A DNA stretch of 64,000 nucleotides from Vicugna vicugna (lineage: Eukaryota), in assembly GCA_013265495.1 (NCBI GenBank), contig MU058824.1:2631111-2695110 (forward strand), read 5' to 3'. Made by a program: the position numbers and the translations under genes. How positions within the stretch are numbered: position 1 is the first letter of the stretch; each line of letters begins with the position of its first letter. Below, piece after piece: positions 47,840 through 61,800 of this stretch. The notes beneath the pieces were generated by a model. The model was not told the origin of the DNA and searched no databases. It saw only the letters and a program-made list of their open reading frames with translations.

Positions 47840-48390
47840 CTGCGGGGAGGGGGTGCGCATTCTGGCCTCCCGGCTACTGCCAGAGGCCCTATGCTGCAGA
47901 GGGCCCGGTGGGCGGGAGTAACGAAGTGGAGCTAACAGGGAAGGTTTGGAGGGCGGGGCGTCATCTGTGCCCCCCAGGCGCGGTTCCGGGACCCCATTAC
48001 CAGGGGAGGGGTGGGAAGTGTGAAAAGGTTCCTACTGCGCACGCCAGGCCCGAAAGGCCAGCCCCCTGATTGGGAAGCTGAGACCCGGAGAGGAAGCCTC
48101 CATCGCAGGGAGGGGAGCTGCGGCCTGATGGGTGGAGGGGGGACCCGGAAAGGAGAGAAGGGGGCTAGTTACCTGCAAGAGGCTGGGGCTCACGCTCTCG
48201 GCTGCGGGTTTGGGCTCTCCTAAATCGAGTCTGTCTCCTGGCGGGGTGCTCGCCGGAGGCCCCGCCTCCGCTCAGTTAGAGTGTTCAGCCTCCAGTGACG
48301 CCCCACCTGCACCTGGGGGCGGCTGACACCCTGCCCCGCGGCCGAGGCCTCTTCTCGCCACCAGGCGCTGGGCTTGTCTGCGTGCAGAAA
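47840..48390 (-). promoter_or_regulatory. CpG-enriched promoter region of ALDH1B1
   Basis: Local GC/CpG enrichment; GC boxes (CCCCGCC 48260-48266, GGGCGGGGCG near 47951) around the putative exon 1. Confidence 0.7.
48173..48270 (-). other. ALDH1B1: ALDH1B1 non-coding exon 1 (TSS approximate); intron 45535-48172
   Basis: Minus-strand donor TTGCAG|GTAACT at 48173/48172; acceptor ctgtcctgctcCAG|AGCACAAAGC-ATG at 45535/45534; matches the known two-exon layout. Confidence 0.75.
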
Positions 48391-50211
48391 CAAAGGCCCA
48401 AAATCAGGCAGGACTTCCCAGGGCACACACCAGCACCAGTGGGAGACTGGATCCCAACTGTATTTGCATTTCTCCCTCCCACACGATGCATCCTTGAGCC
48501 TCTCAACTTCTTTTGTGCCTCCCCTCTCTCACTTTTTCCCCTCGCTTCACTGCTCTTTTCCCCAGTTGATTTTATATTTGTGCTTTTAAAAACTGCATTT
48601 TGGGGGAGGTTCTAAGGACAAAAAGAATATATGCAGAATGTAGAAAGCTTGGAAAATACAGAAAAGGGTAAAAGAAAAAAAATTACCTTCAGGTTTTTCA
48701 CCCAAAAGTTGCCATTCATCTCGCTGCTATTTTTCCCTTCACATTTTTCAAAAATTCGTTTAATAAAAATGAAATCATATGGTGACCTCTATTTTGCTGC
48801 CTGCTTTTTTTTTTAAACTTAGTAATATATTATGAAACTTTTCTTGTCACTAATTAACATCATCCTCCCCAGGGTAGCACAGAATCCCACGGTAGGACGA
48901 ATTGTTGATGGACATTTAGATTGCCTCCATCTTGTTGCCATAAAGGATGCTAAATCCTGAAACCGCATCTCATACTCACTTCACTGCACCCTCCTTATGG
49001 TCAGGGAGACTGGGAAGCTAAGAGCTGTTTCCTAGCCTTGGTTGCAGTTAGAGTGAACCAGGTGGTGCCGATTAGCAGTACCCCTGCAAGATGTGGAAGG
49101 TGGAGGGTATAGTCCTGCCCATTTGGAGCATTACTAGCACAATGGCAGAAGTGTGAGGATTTTCTGCATCAATGTTCCTCATTCTGTCTCCAACTTCCTA
49201 GGTGTGGGGTGGCTGCTGTGGCTACAGCTCCTTGACTCCAGCTCCCTGCTCTTTGAATCTTGACTGCAGGGTTGTGTCTTGAGCTGAATAGCTCCAGAAG
49301 TGGCACAGAGAGAGTACTAGGCGGATGGGACACATCCCTCTCATTCTGGAAGTTAGTCCTGAAGGTTTAGCCCTCTCTGATTCTTCCTCTGGCCCTGCCA
49401 GCGATTTTGTCAGCACCTGACACCTGTATTAAATCTCTACCTCTCTACATATTTAGAATGTTCACATTTTCCTGCTTGAACCTGACTGAGTCACCTAATC
49501 CATTCCTTAAACTACATCTCTATGTAATCTTTTGTTACCATGTCATCCTTAGGATGTTCACAGTCCTTGCTGCAAAATTCAGTTCTTCACTAAGAGCACT
49601 ACATCTTGCCACATTTATGCTTATGTTTTCCCAGCAACCGTGTGGCCCTTTGCAAAGCCCCTTCTGCCTCCCCGACAGCACACAGCCAGCCTGGCACCCG
49701 TTTGGCACTTGGCATGGCACGCCATGGTGGACTGATTTAAGGATTACTTGGTCAGTCATTAACAGGCCTCGCTGATAGAGTCAGTCAGTCCGTGACTAAG
49801 AAAGTATCAGTTTTCACATGGTCAGACTGTTTGGAAAGCTGTGGCAGGTGTGAGAGGCCAGCAGCAAGCAAGAAGCGGCCCCTTGGGGGAGAGGCTGAAG
49901 GCTGTGTCCTGTGAGGAGTAGCTAAAGGAGCTGGGGATGTCCACCCCTCAGAATTCAAGGAACTAGACTGCACCCTCTAAATCTCTAAATGGCAAAAACA
50001 GCCTGTGGGGTCCTGTCAGAGCCAGACCCATGAGGGGAAGTCATAGGAGGCAGAGGAAGAACTTTATGACAAAGCACAGCTTGCTCAGGATGGGTGGGAA
50101 GGGCTGCCTTGAAAGGTAGTAAGCCCCCCATCACTGGAGGAGTACAAGAAAGGACAGAAAACCATTTGGCAAAATCCTATGGAAGAGAGTAGCAGATAAG
50201 GACTGAACTAG

Positions 50212-50395
50212 AGAAGTGGTTCCCAAACTTAGCTGTGCATCAGAATTGCCTGGGGAGCATAAAAGGAAAAAAAAAGTTCCAATCTCCCTAGCCTTACCTT
50301 TGGTGATTCTGAATTATTAGATGTTTGTTGAGACCCAGGAATTAAATTCCTTATATGCTTCTGATACACAACTATATTTGGGGAGCACCAGCCTA
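50212..50395. mobile_element. MER5A-like hAT-Charlie MITE (similar relics at about 52715-52912 and 57450-57610)
   Basis: agtggttcccaaactt.gctg.gcatcagaat..cctggggagc ... tttgggagcac. Confidence 0.7.
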
Positions 50396-51494
50396 AGTAG
50401 TCTTTGGGATTCTATGACTCCATCATGGATGGTTTTCAGAAAGGGACTTATCAAGTGAATGCTTTGTCTGTATCCAGATCCCATTCAGTAGGCCCACCCT
50501 TGACACTTGGTACGCTGTGTCTGGCATCAGAAGTCACCAAAGTAGTCCTACTGCAAGGCATTTGTAAAAGCATCCAAAAATTAAAAAAAAATAAAAACCT
50601 TCCACAGTGCTTGACATTTATGGTTTGGAGAGAAGGATGAATGTGCAGTGGCTCAGGGTAAAATGCACAAATTATCTTTGCAGAGGATTGACTATTTTTC
50701 AAGAATGCTTTAGATTCAGCTTTTTAATTGGGGAAAAAAAAAAAAAAAGATCCAGGCCACTAAAACGGATGTTGAGCCTGGAGCCCCTGTGAGTGTTTGG
50801 ACTAAAAGGATTGAAGGGGAAATGGTGAGATAACACAAACCATAGTCAAGTCCTTGTCAGCAAGGAATGTCACCCAGGGATGTGTTTACACTGGCCTGGT
50901 GGGGGAAGAGAAGCTATTTCCATCCTTCAGCATCTTGAAGCCTTATATGTCTGGGAAGTTACTGAAGAAGATTCCAGACTCTGAGAAAATGAGCGGATCA
51001 GATAGACTCCAAACAAAAAGACCTGCAAGCTGCACTGGGTGTTGATCCTACACTGACTGTAGCAGGTACCTCCGTTGCCTGCATTTGAGCTGAAGATGGA
51101 AGACTGGGTCAAGATACTGAGGGAGTTGCAGGGAATGGATATTTAAAAATAAAGGTGAATATAAAAGCAAACCAAAATGTACCCCGTTTTCCCCTCTTTT
51201 TCTCTTAAGTGAAACGCTACACTCTGTGAAATTTACACCCTGGGAACATGAACTAAATCTGAATGTTGTCAAACCAAACCAGCCCTGAGTCTTTACCACA
51301 AACCCAGTTTCCCTCCCACCTGCCTGGCTTCCTGGCTGATTCCCTTCCTCTGCCCCTCAGATTATGGCTGAGGAAACTGAGACCCAGAAAGGGAGTGGGA
51401 CTTGCCCCACATCACACAGGAGATGAGTGTCTGAGTTCAGACTAGAATCAAGGCTCTCACACAAGCACACAAGTAACACTGGAATTGAAGCAGA

Positions 51495-51874
51495 CATTAT
51501 GGCAGCACTTGGGCATCTGCAGTGAAGGATCTGGAGGGAGATCAACCTGGATTACATGGGTGCGCCCAGTATAATCACAAGGGTCCTCATCAGAGGGAGA
51601 CAGGAATGTTAACATCAGCGCAAATGTGATGGTGGAAGCAGAGGTTGGAGTGATGCAGCCACAGACAAAGAACGAAAGCAGCGCTAAAAGGCAAGGGAAC
51701 AACTTTCCCCTAGAGTCTCCAGAAGGAGCATGGCTCTGCCAACACCTTGATTTTAGCCCAGTGACACTCATTTCAGACTTCTGAACCCCCAGAACTGTAA
51801 GATAATGTTTGTGTTGTTTTAAGCCACTAAGTTTGGGATAATTTGTTACAGCTAACAAATGTGAAACTAATACA
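51495..51874 (+). mobile_element. MaLR LTR (MLT1C/D-like)
   Basis: cccagtataatcacaagggtcct...ccctagagtctccagaagga...ccagaactgtaagataa...gaaactaataca. Confidence 0.85.
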
Positions 51875-54800
51875 CTGATTCACTCATTTATAGCCCTTTA
51901 GGCACTTGGGTTTGTAGCCTCAGGCCTAGCTAGAGCAGGCAAGGGGTCCGACAGTATTCTGTTGCGTAGACACACCACAGTTATGGTGGACATCATTTCT
52001 TTTGTCTGCCCAGCATTCCTTTCTTCTAAAAACACCACCTCCTCTCTTGCCTTCACCCCAATCATATTTTTGAGTTAGAACTGCCCCCATTGTGTTCTAC
52101 ATATTCTGAGGACCTTGTAAACTAGAAATGCCTTCTATTCTGCGTGTCTAACAAGTGGCCCAGTGATGCCAATGCTGCTAGTGTGGAGCCCACATGCTGA
52201 GTAGCAAGGACAGAGGATGAGAGCTGAAAGACAAATAGGGCCCAACTGAATGAAGACGCAGGTTCAAGTTGCAGGTAAAAGGGACAGGCATGTGCCCAGG
52301 CCTGGAGATGGGAGGGGTCAAGGTGCATTCAGAGAACTGAAAGAAGACAAGCGGGGCAGAAGCAGGAAGCAGGAAGGGGTGTATGGTTCTGGAAAAGGCT
52401 GGAGGCATGGGCAGCGACTAGACCATGTAGACTTTTGGAGGCCCGAGTAAGAACTCTGACTCCTGGGGCAGGCACCCTGCATAAATCTAATATGGTCCCA
52501 CCTGGAGCAGGTCAGAGGACAGCAGAGAGACATACCCAACCCAAACGAATGCAATGAACTACTATATACCTCTAATGGAGATTAGCACCCAGCTCTGTGG
52601 AAGCACAAGGAGGGAGCCCCAAGTTCCTCTGCCTGGGACTTCTCAGGAGAAGATGACCTTTCAGCTGAGTGAGCCATGTGTCCTTTAGGATCAGTTCAGA
52701 GACATATGATTAAACAGTGGTTCTCAACTGTGTTTGTGTGCTAGCATCGTCTGGACAGCTTTTTAAAGCACTGATGCCCGAGCAACACTCCAGACCTATC
52801 GAATCAGAATTCCCTCAGTGTTGTAACAGATTGTCTGAGTTTTGCTGTTGTTTCCTTTTGTTTTTAAGTTCCTCTATTGATTCTAATATATAGCCACATT
52901 TGTGAACTACTGACGTAAGAGGAAACTCAAAATAAAAATGGCTTAAACAAGAGAGAACTGTATCTTTCTCTCACTTAAAAGAAGTCCGGAGGTAGGCTGT
53001 GGAGGGCAGGGTTGGGGCCCTGCTCTGTCTTCCTTTCAACAGCAGAGGATCCTACTAGAGTTCTGAGGAAGAGGAGGTGAGTTAATATGATCCTGTTGGC
53101 AATTTGGAAAGATCATTCTGGTTGTTAACATGTGTCTCCTCTGGTTTCCTCGGGGAAAGACAATTCCAAGTCGTGTTCCCAAGAACAGCAGGTGTTGATA
53201 ATTATTAAGCTGGCTGCTGATGGGCACAGGGGATTCATTATATTCTCTCCCTCTCTATTTTGGTGTATATTTAAACTTGCTCATAATAAAGAGTTTAAAA
53301 AATAAGAAAAGGTTGTGTTACCACATCAATAGGGTATGTCCTCCTGGGTCAAAGGCTCTGAAACAGATCTGTCTCTTCAGGACCTTCACGAATGGGCCCA
53401 AGGGGTCCATGTCTTTCTAAATCCACAGTTAATTATTGGACAGCAATGGCAGAACTGGGCAGGGGTTGTGCAAAGGGCATGGGGGCTGGAACAAGAGCTT
53501 GGCTCCTGGTCCCTGCACCAGCCTCTCCATGTGACCTTGGGCAACTTCCTCTCTCAGCCTCAATCCTTTTATAAAGGAGGTGCTATGAGATGGCTGAAAG
53601 GGCCAACAGGGGATCAGGGCTCCAGAAAGTCCTAGAAAAGCTGTTAAATAATATTCATTCTTAGCAGAGTCCTCGGACCACAAACTTTGGACTCCAAATG
53701 CATGCCACTTATGAAACCTGGTTAATTGATTTTCCCATCCTGTTATCTTCACTGGTTCTGGGCCATAATGAGGCAATGGTTGAAGTACAAAGAATGGGCA
53801 GGGGCCAAGTATATCTTCACACATCTGCTGACTGAGTGAGCCTGAAATGCTGCCCCTCCATTAACGACACACAGTGCAGATTTGCTAACAGACGCACCAG
53901 GGCCCCTTGAATCCAGCAGTACTCAACTCCTAGGTGACCAGAATAGGGCAGCAGGAAAGAGCAGCTGCTCAGGATGCCCTTGACTTTCACCTCTGCCTCC
54001 AGTTCTTTCCACTTCAAACACTATTTCCTCAGCACAGCCCTCACCGGACCCAGCAGTTTCCACATGGGCAAGCGTCTGCCATCCATCTGCCCTCCCTCTC
54101 TCAGCTCCTGTTAATGACGACCCTGTCGCAGAGGCCCTGGCAGTGCAGAGATGAACCAGGCACCATCCCCATCCTCAGCTCGCTCACAGACTAGGGAATC
54201 AGACAGACACGGAAACTGGTGTGCCTTCCTCACATGGTTGAGGGGCCAAGAGAGAAAAAAGAAACAAGAAACAGAACAAAACAAAGCCTGGGAAGGTCTA
54301 GGGAGGCTTCCTGGAGGAGGTGATACTTGAGCTGAATCTTGATACCTGAAAAGGGCTGGGGGAGAGATGGCATTTCTCGAAGACAGAGTTGCATGTGCAA
54401 AAGGCCAGAGGTTGGGAAGCTTGGGTGGCATGGGGAGCAGTGAGTAGCTCCTGCTGACCAGTGCCTGGGGTATGATGGGCAGGGCAGGGAGCAGTGACAG
54501 AGCCAAGGCTGGAGTGGTAAGAGGGGGCAGATCACAAAGGACCTTAAGCGTCATGCAAAGGAGTTTTAATGTTCTCCTGAGGAGGCACAGAAGGACTTTA
54601 AGGCAGGAGGGTGACTTGGTTAGAGAGAACCTTTTAATTTCATCAGCTCCCACGGCAGTGTGTAAGGATTAGATAGAGCTCTGAGTAACAGAAACTCCAA
54701 TAAAAGTGGATCGCACAAAGGGTGAGTTGATTTCTCTAAATACGTAAAAGAAGCCCAGAGGTAAGCATCTAAGAAGGTGATAAATGATTCTCAAGGATAC

Positions 54801-57800
54801 TCGTCCCTTCCAACTCACCACTTGGTCATCCTTAGCAGTGAGCATTGTCTTCATGGTTCAAAATGGCAGCTACCACATCCATATTTCAGGTGGCAGGATG
54901 AGGAGGGGATGAAAACAAAAAGGCAAAGTATGCATGCCAGCTGCTTTTGAGGCAGGATCCCCAAAGCTGTCCTGACACTTCTTCTTTCATCCCATTGATG
55001 AGAACTTAGTCACATGGTACAAGTAGCTGCAAAGGAGGCTGGGAAATGTGGTCTTTATTTTAGGTGGTCATTCTGAAGGCTTCCATTTCTCTGACACTAT
55101 GGGAAGATAGACACTGGGAGAGAACTAGGAATCTCTGCCACAGATCCTTCCAACTCTGCTGTGAGGACAAGTGTTACCAATTTCAGCTGACAGATAAGGA
55201 CACTGAGGCTCAGAAAGAGAAAATGATTCATTTGTAAGTGGTACATCTGGAATTGCAGCACTTGGCTTTGAATGTTACACTCCTAAGCACGAGGCAAACT
55301 ACTGGCTGCCTCACTATGTGCCCTCTGGGCCTAACTATCCACACAGTGAGGGGATTGGGCTAGATCACTGACGCAGATGAAATCTTACACAGAAGGCCAA
55401 TATGAAGCCAGGTGAAAAGGAACTGCTTGCCACCCCCACCTCCACCCCCGGAAGCAGTTCTCGGGGGTCTCTGTGGCTCCATGGTCCTTCCCAGCTCTGC
55501 CCCTGGGCTGCAGTGTCTGGGAATATTCATGAGGAAGGGGCAGCATAAAGTAACTCCGGGGCAGGAACCAGGAAGTGTGGCCTATTCCTGGTCTGGTGAG
55601 AGTCCTTCATGGGGTTGGAAGACAGCTGGCCTGCTCTGTCCTCTCAGGGCCAACTTTTTGGATGAGATGACCTGCTAGGAAGGAAGGTGGGTGGACAGAT
55701 CAGGGGTCCCTGACTGGGAGGTTGCACACTGAGTTCTTCCACAAGCTGGGCCCTAGTCTGGGGTGTAAAGACTAGGAGAGGCTCCTCAGAGAAACAGAAT
55801 CAAGACTGGGAAGTGCTTGAGCCTGTGCAGGGGCCCAGGCACGCTATTCAAAACACTGAGTAACAGAACATCTGGCACTGACTGCACATGAGCCTGGCCG
55901 TACTTCTATGCCCAGTCCTTGTGCCCCTTCGCTGGGCCAGGCATTACTCCTTTGGATGCTGAATCGTGTAGAGGTTTGAGGGGGTACCAGGGTAGATGCT
56001 GGGAGGCCAGAGTGGAGGTGGGCTCTTGGGGCTCAGACATCAACTGCTTGCAAACTGGTAGGTGATCGTTTCACACTAAAGCACCCACATGGCAGTACTA
56101 GTTAGTGCTTTTCAGCAGTAAGTCTCGCCTTGTCATTTATGACTTGAGTCAAAGGGGTTCATCACTGTGATGGGACGAATATGAACTAATAGTATTGTCA
56201 CCCTGATTGTACAGGACAGGAGACTGGATCCCATGGAGGGACAGGGACCTACCCTAGGCCAGGCAGAGAGACCCCAGCAGGCCAGGGCAGGGCAGGGCAG
56301 AGTAGCACCAAGTGGCATTCTCCACATCGGAAGACACTACATCTGTGGCTTTGGAGGTGCAATTAACTGCCTGCTGGGGACAGGTCAGTGCCTTTAATGG
56401 GCATGTGTATTTAACAGGCTTCTCAACTCTCAACACCCAGAGGGGAAAAGGGATAATTCAATCTTGTTTTCAAGCGAAAAAGAAAAACAAAGAGGAGGCG
56501 TAACAAGAGGGCAGAACAATTCTGCTGATGGGACCAGACTCTCAGGTTGCTTTCCAGCACAGCCCAGCTCAGACCTCCAGCAGGGACAAAGGAACGGCTG
56601 TACTGAGAGGGGTTGTTTATTCACCAAACACTGCAAATCATTATCTCCTTATAATCACCATCATCATTCTCTGCTTCCCAGAGCAGCAGGTATGGCAGAG
56701 AGCACCCCAACCCGACTGTGTAGGGGTGCACAGGCCGCACAAACTTTGTCTGTCCCTGCTTGTTCCCTGGATTCCTGCTCCTAGGACTGGCAGCCCCTGG
56801 GGTCTGTTCCCAAAGCTCTCTCCAGCTGGGAGACTCTTTCTCTCTCCACCTGAAGAGCACTGAGGAGCATGGAAGAGGAAAAGCAATTATTTTCAAGAAC
56901 TCAAGGCCACCCCTTTAGGCAGCCCTTGAATCCATAGTAAATCAAGCTCTCAGTCTTAAAACCTGAAGGATGTTTTAAAATTCTGGTCTGCCTGCCAGAC
57001 AGGCGCTTCCCTTCCAGAATGTGCATATATGAGTCATTTCTTAAAACCTTAAGGCAATGCCAGGAGTGAGACACTCACCTCGGTGACACTGCCCTGTGCT
57101 TTGAGTGTGGCACTGAATCCCACAAAGCCGGAGAGACCTCTAACTAGACTGCATCTTGTGTCTCCCTGGAGTTTGAAATGCTTGGTTTAAATGTACCTGA
57201 AAATGTCACCATGTTAGTGATCTACTGAACCTTCCTATTTATTCTGAACATGTGGAAAGGGGGTAGAGTAGGGGACACTGAAAGGTGATCCACCTGTCTG
57301 GATTGAAGTGTCATAATAATTAATAATTACTGAGGATTTTCCATGTGATGAACCCTTTTCATGGATTACCTCATTCCAGGCTCATCATACCCACGTGACA
57401 GGTACCTAACTATGATTTCTATCTTGGAGGAGGAACAGATTTACAGAGGGGTTGCTCAGCCTGCCTGCATATAACCAGGAGTCTTATAAAAACACTGATG
57501 CCCAAGCCCCACCCACAGACCACCTAAATCAGAGTCTCCAGGGATGGGGCCTGGCCATGGGTATGATTTAAAGTGCTCAGGTAATTCGAATGTGTGGCCA
57601 GAGTCAGAAGAAAGGATCGGCTGCAAGATTTGCTCAAGGTCCCCCAGCTAATAAGCGGCAGATTCTAACCCAGGATGCCCAACTCACCAGGCCTCACCTG
57701 AACCTGCTGGAAATCAGTGTCATTCACTGCCCTCCCAGAGGAACTGGGCCTTTGGGGGAGTTCCTTCTCCCCTTAACAACAAAGGCATATGTGAGCCGGA

Positions 57801-57889
57801 AACCTCCAGCACTTACAGCTCTGGAACCATAGGTGTTATTTACTTCCTGCTCTAAACTTTCCTGATTGTACCATATGGGTCTGACACCT

Positions 57890-58310
57890 TGTATTAGTTT
57901 GCTATTGCTGTTGTAACAAATGACCACAAATCTGTGGTTTGAAACAATGCACATTTATTCTCTTACCATTCTGGAAGTCAGAAGTCTGAAATCAGTTTCA
58001 TTGACCAAAACCAAGGCATTGGGGCTGCACTCCTTCCTGAGGCTCTAGGGGAGAATCCATTTCTTTGCCTTTTTCAGTTTCTAGAACTACTTTTCTTGCA
58101 TTCTTTGGCTCATGGCCCCTTCCTCCGTCTTCAAAGCCAGCAGCATAGTATCTGCTACTCTTTTGTAAGGACTTTTAGGGTCTACGTGGATACTCCAAGA
58201 TAATCTCCTTATTTTAGTATCTTTAAACACATCTACAAAGACCCTTTTCCCATCTAAGATAATTCTCACAGGTCCCAGGGTTTAAGACCTGAATCTCTTT
58301 GGGCTCATCC
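57890..58310 (-). mobile_element. MaLR LTR (MLT1-like)
   Basis: tgtattagtttgctattgctgttgtaacaaatgaccacaaa...ggctctaggggagaatcc. Confidence 0.8.
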
Positions 58311-58443
58311 TCAGACATGCCCACTTGAAGTCCTGGGGGCGAGAGTTGACCTGGGAGTCTGTCTCCCTGACAAGCGCCCCTGGGAAGTCTTGTGAGCACC
58401 CTAATCCCGGCTCCAGGCCCACTCTCCTCTGTTGTTGAAGGGG

Positions 58444-58814
58444 TGCCTTACTCTGCTTGGGCTGCTACAACAAAATACCATAGACTGGATGGCCAAATTA
58501 ACAGAAATTTGTTTTTTCACATTTCTGGAGGCTAGAGGCCACAATTGAGGGCTGGCACAGCTGGTTTCTGGTGAGAATACTCTTCCTGGTTTCTAGACGG
58601 CCGCCTCCTTGCTGAGTCTTCACAAGGTGGGGAGAGAGGGAGAGAAAAAGCTCTCTTCTCACAAGGACACTAATCCTAATGGATTAGGGTCCCACCCTTA
58701 TGACCTTGTTTAACAGTAATTACCCCCTTATAGTCCCTGTCTCAAGATACAGGCTTACCAGGATTAAGGGCTTCAACATAGGCATTTCAGGCGGACACAG
58801 TTCAGTCCACAGCA
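58444..58814 (-). mobile_element. MaLR solo LTR (MLT1A-like) with perfect 5-bp TSD
   Basis: gcttgggctgctacaacaaaataccatagactgg...ttcagtccacagca; TSD AGGGG at 58439-58443 and 58815-58819. Confidence 0.88.
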
Positions 58815-61800
58815 AGGGGACTGCAGGACACAACTACTGAGGTCTAGAGGACAGAGCGGCTAGTCCACAGGGAGCTCTCCTTCTAAACTGAGCTGAGCTT
58901 TGGAGGATGGGATTTTTGCTGTTAATGATTTTTCTTTTCTTTTTTTTTCTGATTATAGAAATAATTCATGTTTATTGTGGAAAAATGGGCTAAAGTGAAA
59001 AAAAAGTACAGTGAAAAGGATAAAAATTATCCAGTGATAACCACTCTTCCCATTTTTGGATGTTTCCATCCAGTTCTGTTTTCTGTGAATATACATGCGA
59101 TCCAATGGTTTGGAATATTTTTCACATGAAAAGCAGGATGGTGAAGTGTATTCGAAAGAATACTGAACTTGAACCCTGAAGATTTGGGGTCCCAGTCTCA
59201 TTTCCACACTTAATATTTCGTGTTCCTAAAATTTAGAGATCTACTTTTTCTTAGCCTCAATTTTCTTGTCTGTAAATCAGAAATAACTGTATTCAACCTG
59301 CAAGGCCACTGTAAGGACTGAGAGAGCCATGGCTGTGGAGGGCAAACAGCACACCACAGGGCACAGCCAAGTCCAGCATGTGCTGGTTGATGGTCCATCT
59401 GAGCAGCAGAGGAGAGAGCAGGGAACAGCCCAAGGACTTTGGGGCCAAAGGCCTGGAGGTGGGAAGAGCATGGGGAGGGAGTGGGCAGAAGTGGGTGGCG
59501 AGAGCTCAGAGTGTGTGAGGGGGCATGACGTTTGGGTCAGTGAGCTTGGGATGGGATCTGCCTTCTATTCACATGCCCACTCAGCTCCCATCCGACCTGT
59601 GCCCCCCAGGCCCGCCGCCCCATGCCCCGTGCACTTGGTCTCCCTCCTCTGGGCACTCTCTGAGAGGCATTGCCTGCCCTGGATTCCCTTTGTGTCATTC
59701 CTCTTCTGTCTACCAAAATTTCCTCCTCCTTTGTCCCTTTCCCATTTCCCGCTGCTCTCTCAGAATTGGCTCCAGCAAATGGTTCAAATCTTTCTAAATC
59801 CTCCACTCCCACCCAGTACCCACCTCTGACATTTGTAAAACAGGCCTCAGCTCCCTATTTCCCTCCCCAGATCACTGTGAGGAAATACTGGTAAATGCCT
59901 GTAGATCACTAGAGATAGAAGGCTGGCTGTAAATTACAACAATCGTGAGATGGATCAGCATTACTCCCAAGGCCGTGATCCCTTTGCCCCAACACAAATC
60001 CTCTGCCATCCAGGAGTTCTATGTTCAGTTCAGGACTCCTTTCTGTGCCCAGGAGGCCCCCCAAACTCTCCATGGGACCCCCTCTGCCTCTGGCCACAGC
60101 CTTGGTTCTGGCCAGATTCCCCGTCACTGCCTTCAGTCCTCACCAGCTCTGCTCCTTCCAGCTGCCTTGATGAGGCAGGATTCCCCCATCTCCTCCCAGC
60201 CTCTGGGTCCTTTGCCTTCTCGTCAAACCTGTCAGACTCTTGAGCCTGTCTGGAGCCCACCACACCCACCATCTGCCTCACCACTCTCGTTCGAAGTTGC
60301 TCTAGGATGACTGAAGTCAGAGAGACCCAGAACTGGATCCTGACGCTGCCTCTCACTAGGTGAACAACCTTAGGCACATTGCTTAACCAATGTGTACCTC
60401 AATTTCCATAGCTGCAGAAAGGGAGTATCATGAATACTTACTGCTAAGGAAGGCATAAGGAATAAACGAAATAAAGCACATGGAGACTGTAAACCTTAAT
60501 GCCAGATGAGAGATTTGAGGCCCAGAGAGATGAAGGCACCAGTCCATGGTCACACAGCGTATCTGTGGAAGGAGTGGGAACTGAATCCAGGTTTCCTAGG
60601 TCCCAGGCCTGGGCTCCATGCATGGCCTGGGAGGGGTTTCTGCTCGGTTGTGCAGACCAGTGAGAGGTGTCAAGTCAAGCCCTAGGAGGAACCAGAGTGA
60701 GGACCAAGTAAGAGGTCCATTTCTAGTCCTAACAAAAGGCAGTTGTTTCTAATGAAAGTCAATCATGTACTAGGTGTATTACATGCTTTATAATCATGAA
60801 TTCTTCCCTCAAAGGGAAACAATCATTTAGCAGACGAGGACGCTGGCTCAGAGAAATCCACAAGTCTTGTAAGCAGTGGAGCAGGAGTTGCAACCCAGGT
60901 AGAGTGTACACTTCTGAAGATACTAGTTGTTGCCTGCTGTGGGGTTAGGTTGCCTGCATCTTTTTAAACCAGGGTCTTCAGATAAGTGCAGGGTGCTGAG
61001 GGTGTGGGGGTGGTGGGGCCTCCTTGACTAGGACAAGCAATGCTATTCCAGGTGGATATGGCCCCTTTCAGAGTATCTCTCCTTCTGCTTTTCCTTCACC
61101 TTCACCACAGGACTTTAGTGGGAAGAGCTTACTGTGTGTGGTATTGGGAATCCCATTTTGTATTCTATAACCAAAGTCTCACTCTCCCTGCTTTCCTAAC
61201 CCAGCTTCTGGGCCTTTCTCTTCTCTGCTCTTGACCTCAGCTTCCCGATCTGCACACTGACTACAGCAAAGGCTTTTAAGTGACTTTGTCTCTCTTTCCT
61301 TAATAACATTTCCACCTGCTCCAAGGGAGACTCAGCTGGAGGTCAGAATCAAAAGCAAAGCAAATGGGTTGAAGTAATTCACACCAGGAAGTGTGAACAG
61401 CTCTGTAACCAACCCCCACCCCCCCTTTCCTATATTAGCCTTAAAAATAAAAATAAAACAAAGAAGTGAATGGCTTTTTATGTGGACTGAAAAAAAAGGG
61501 AGCCACTCTGCCAGTGAGGTAGGTAAGAGACTTTGGGACCAGAAACCTCTCTCCACAGCCTGGGGCAAGACTCCAGGCTCTGGGATCAGACAGAGCTGAA
61601 GTCCCATCAGCTCTGCCACTGATAGGGCTTTGTGGCCTCAGTAAGTTAGTAACCTCTCTGAGCCTCCCTTTCTGCATCTGTAAAAGGAACAGCGCCTGCC
61701 TCTGACTTGTGCTGAGCTGCAAGCAACTAGCCCCATTGGGGTGCCCAGGTGTGGGGGCTCCATACTGCTGAATGCAGACCTCCTCCCCTTCCACCCCCAA

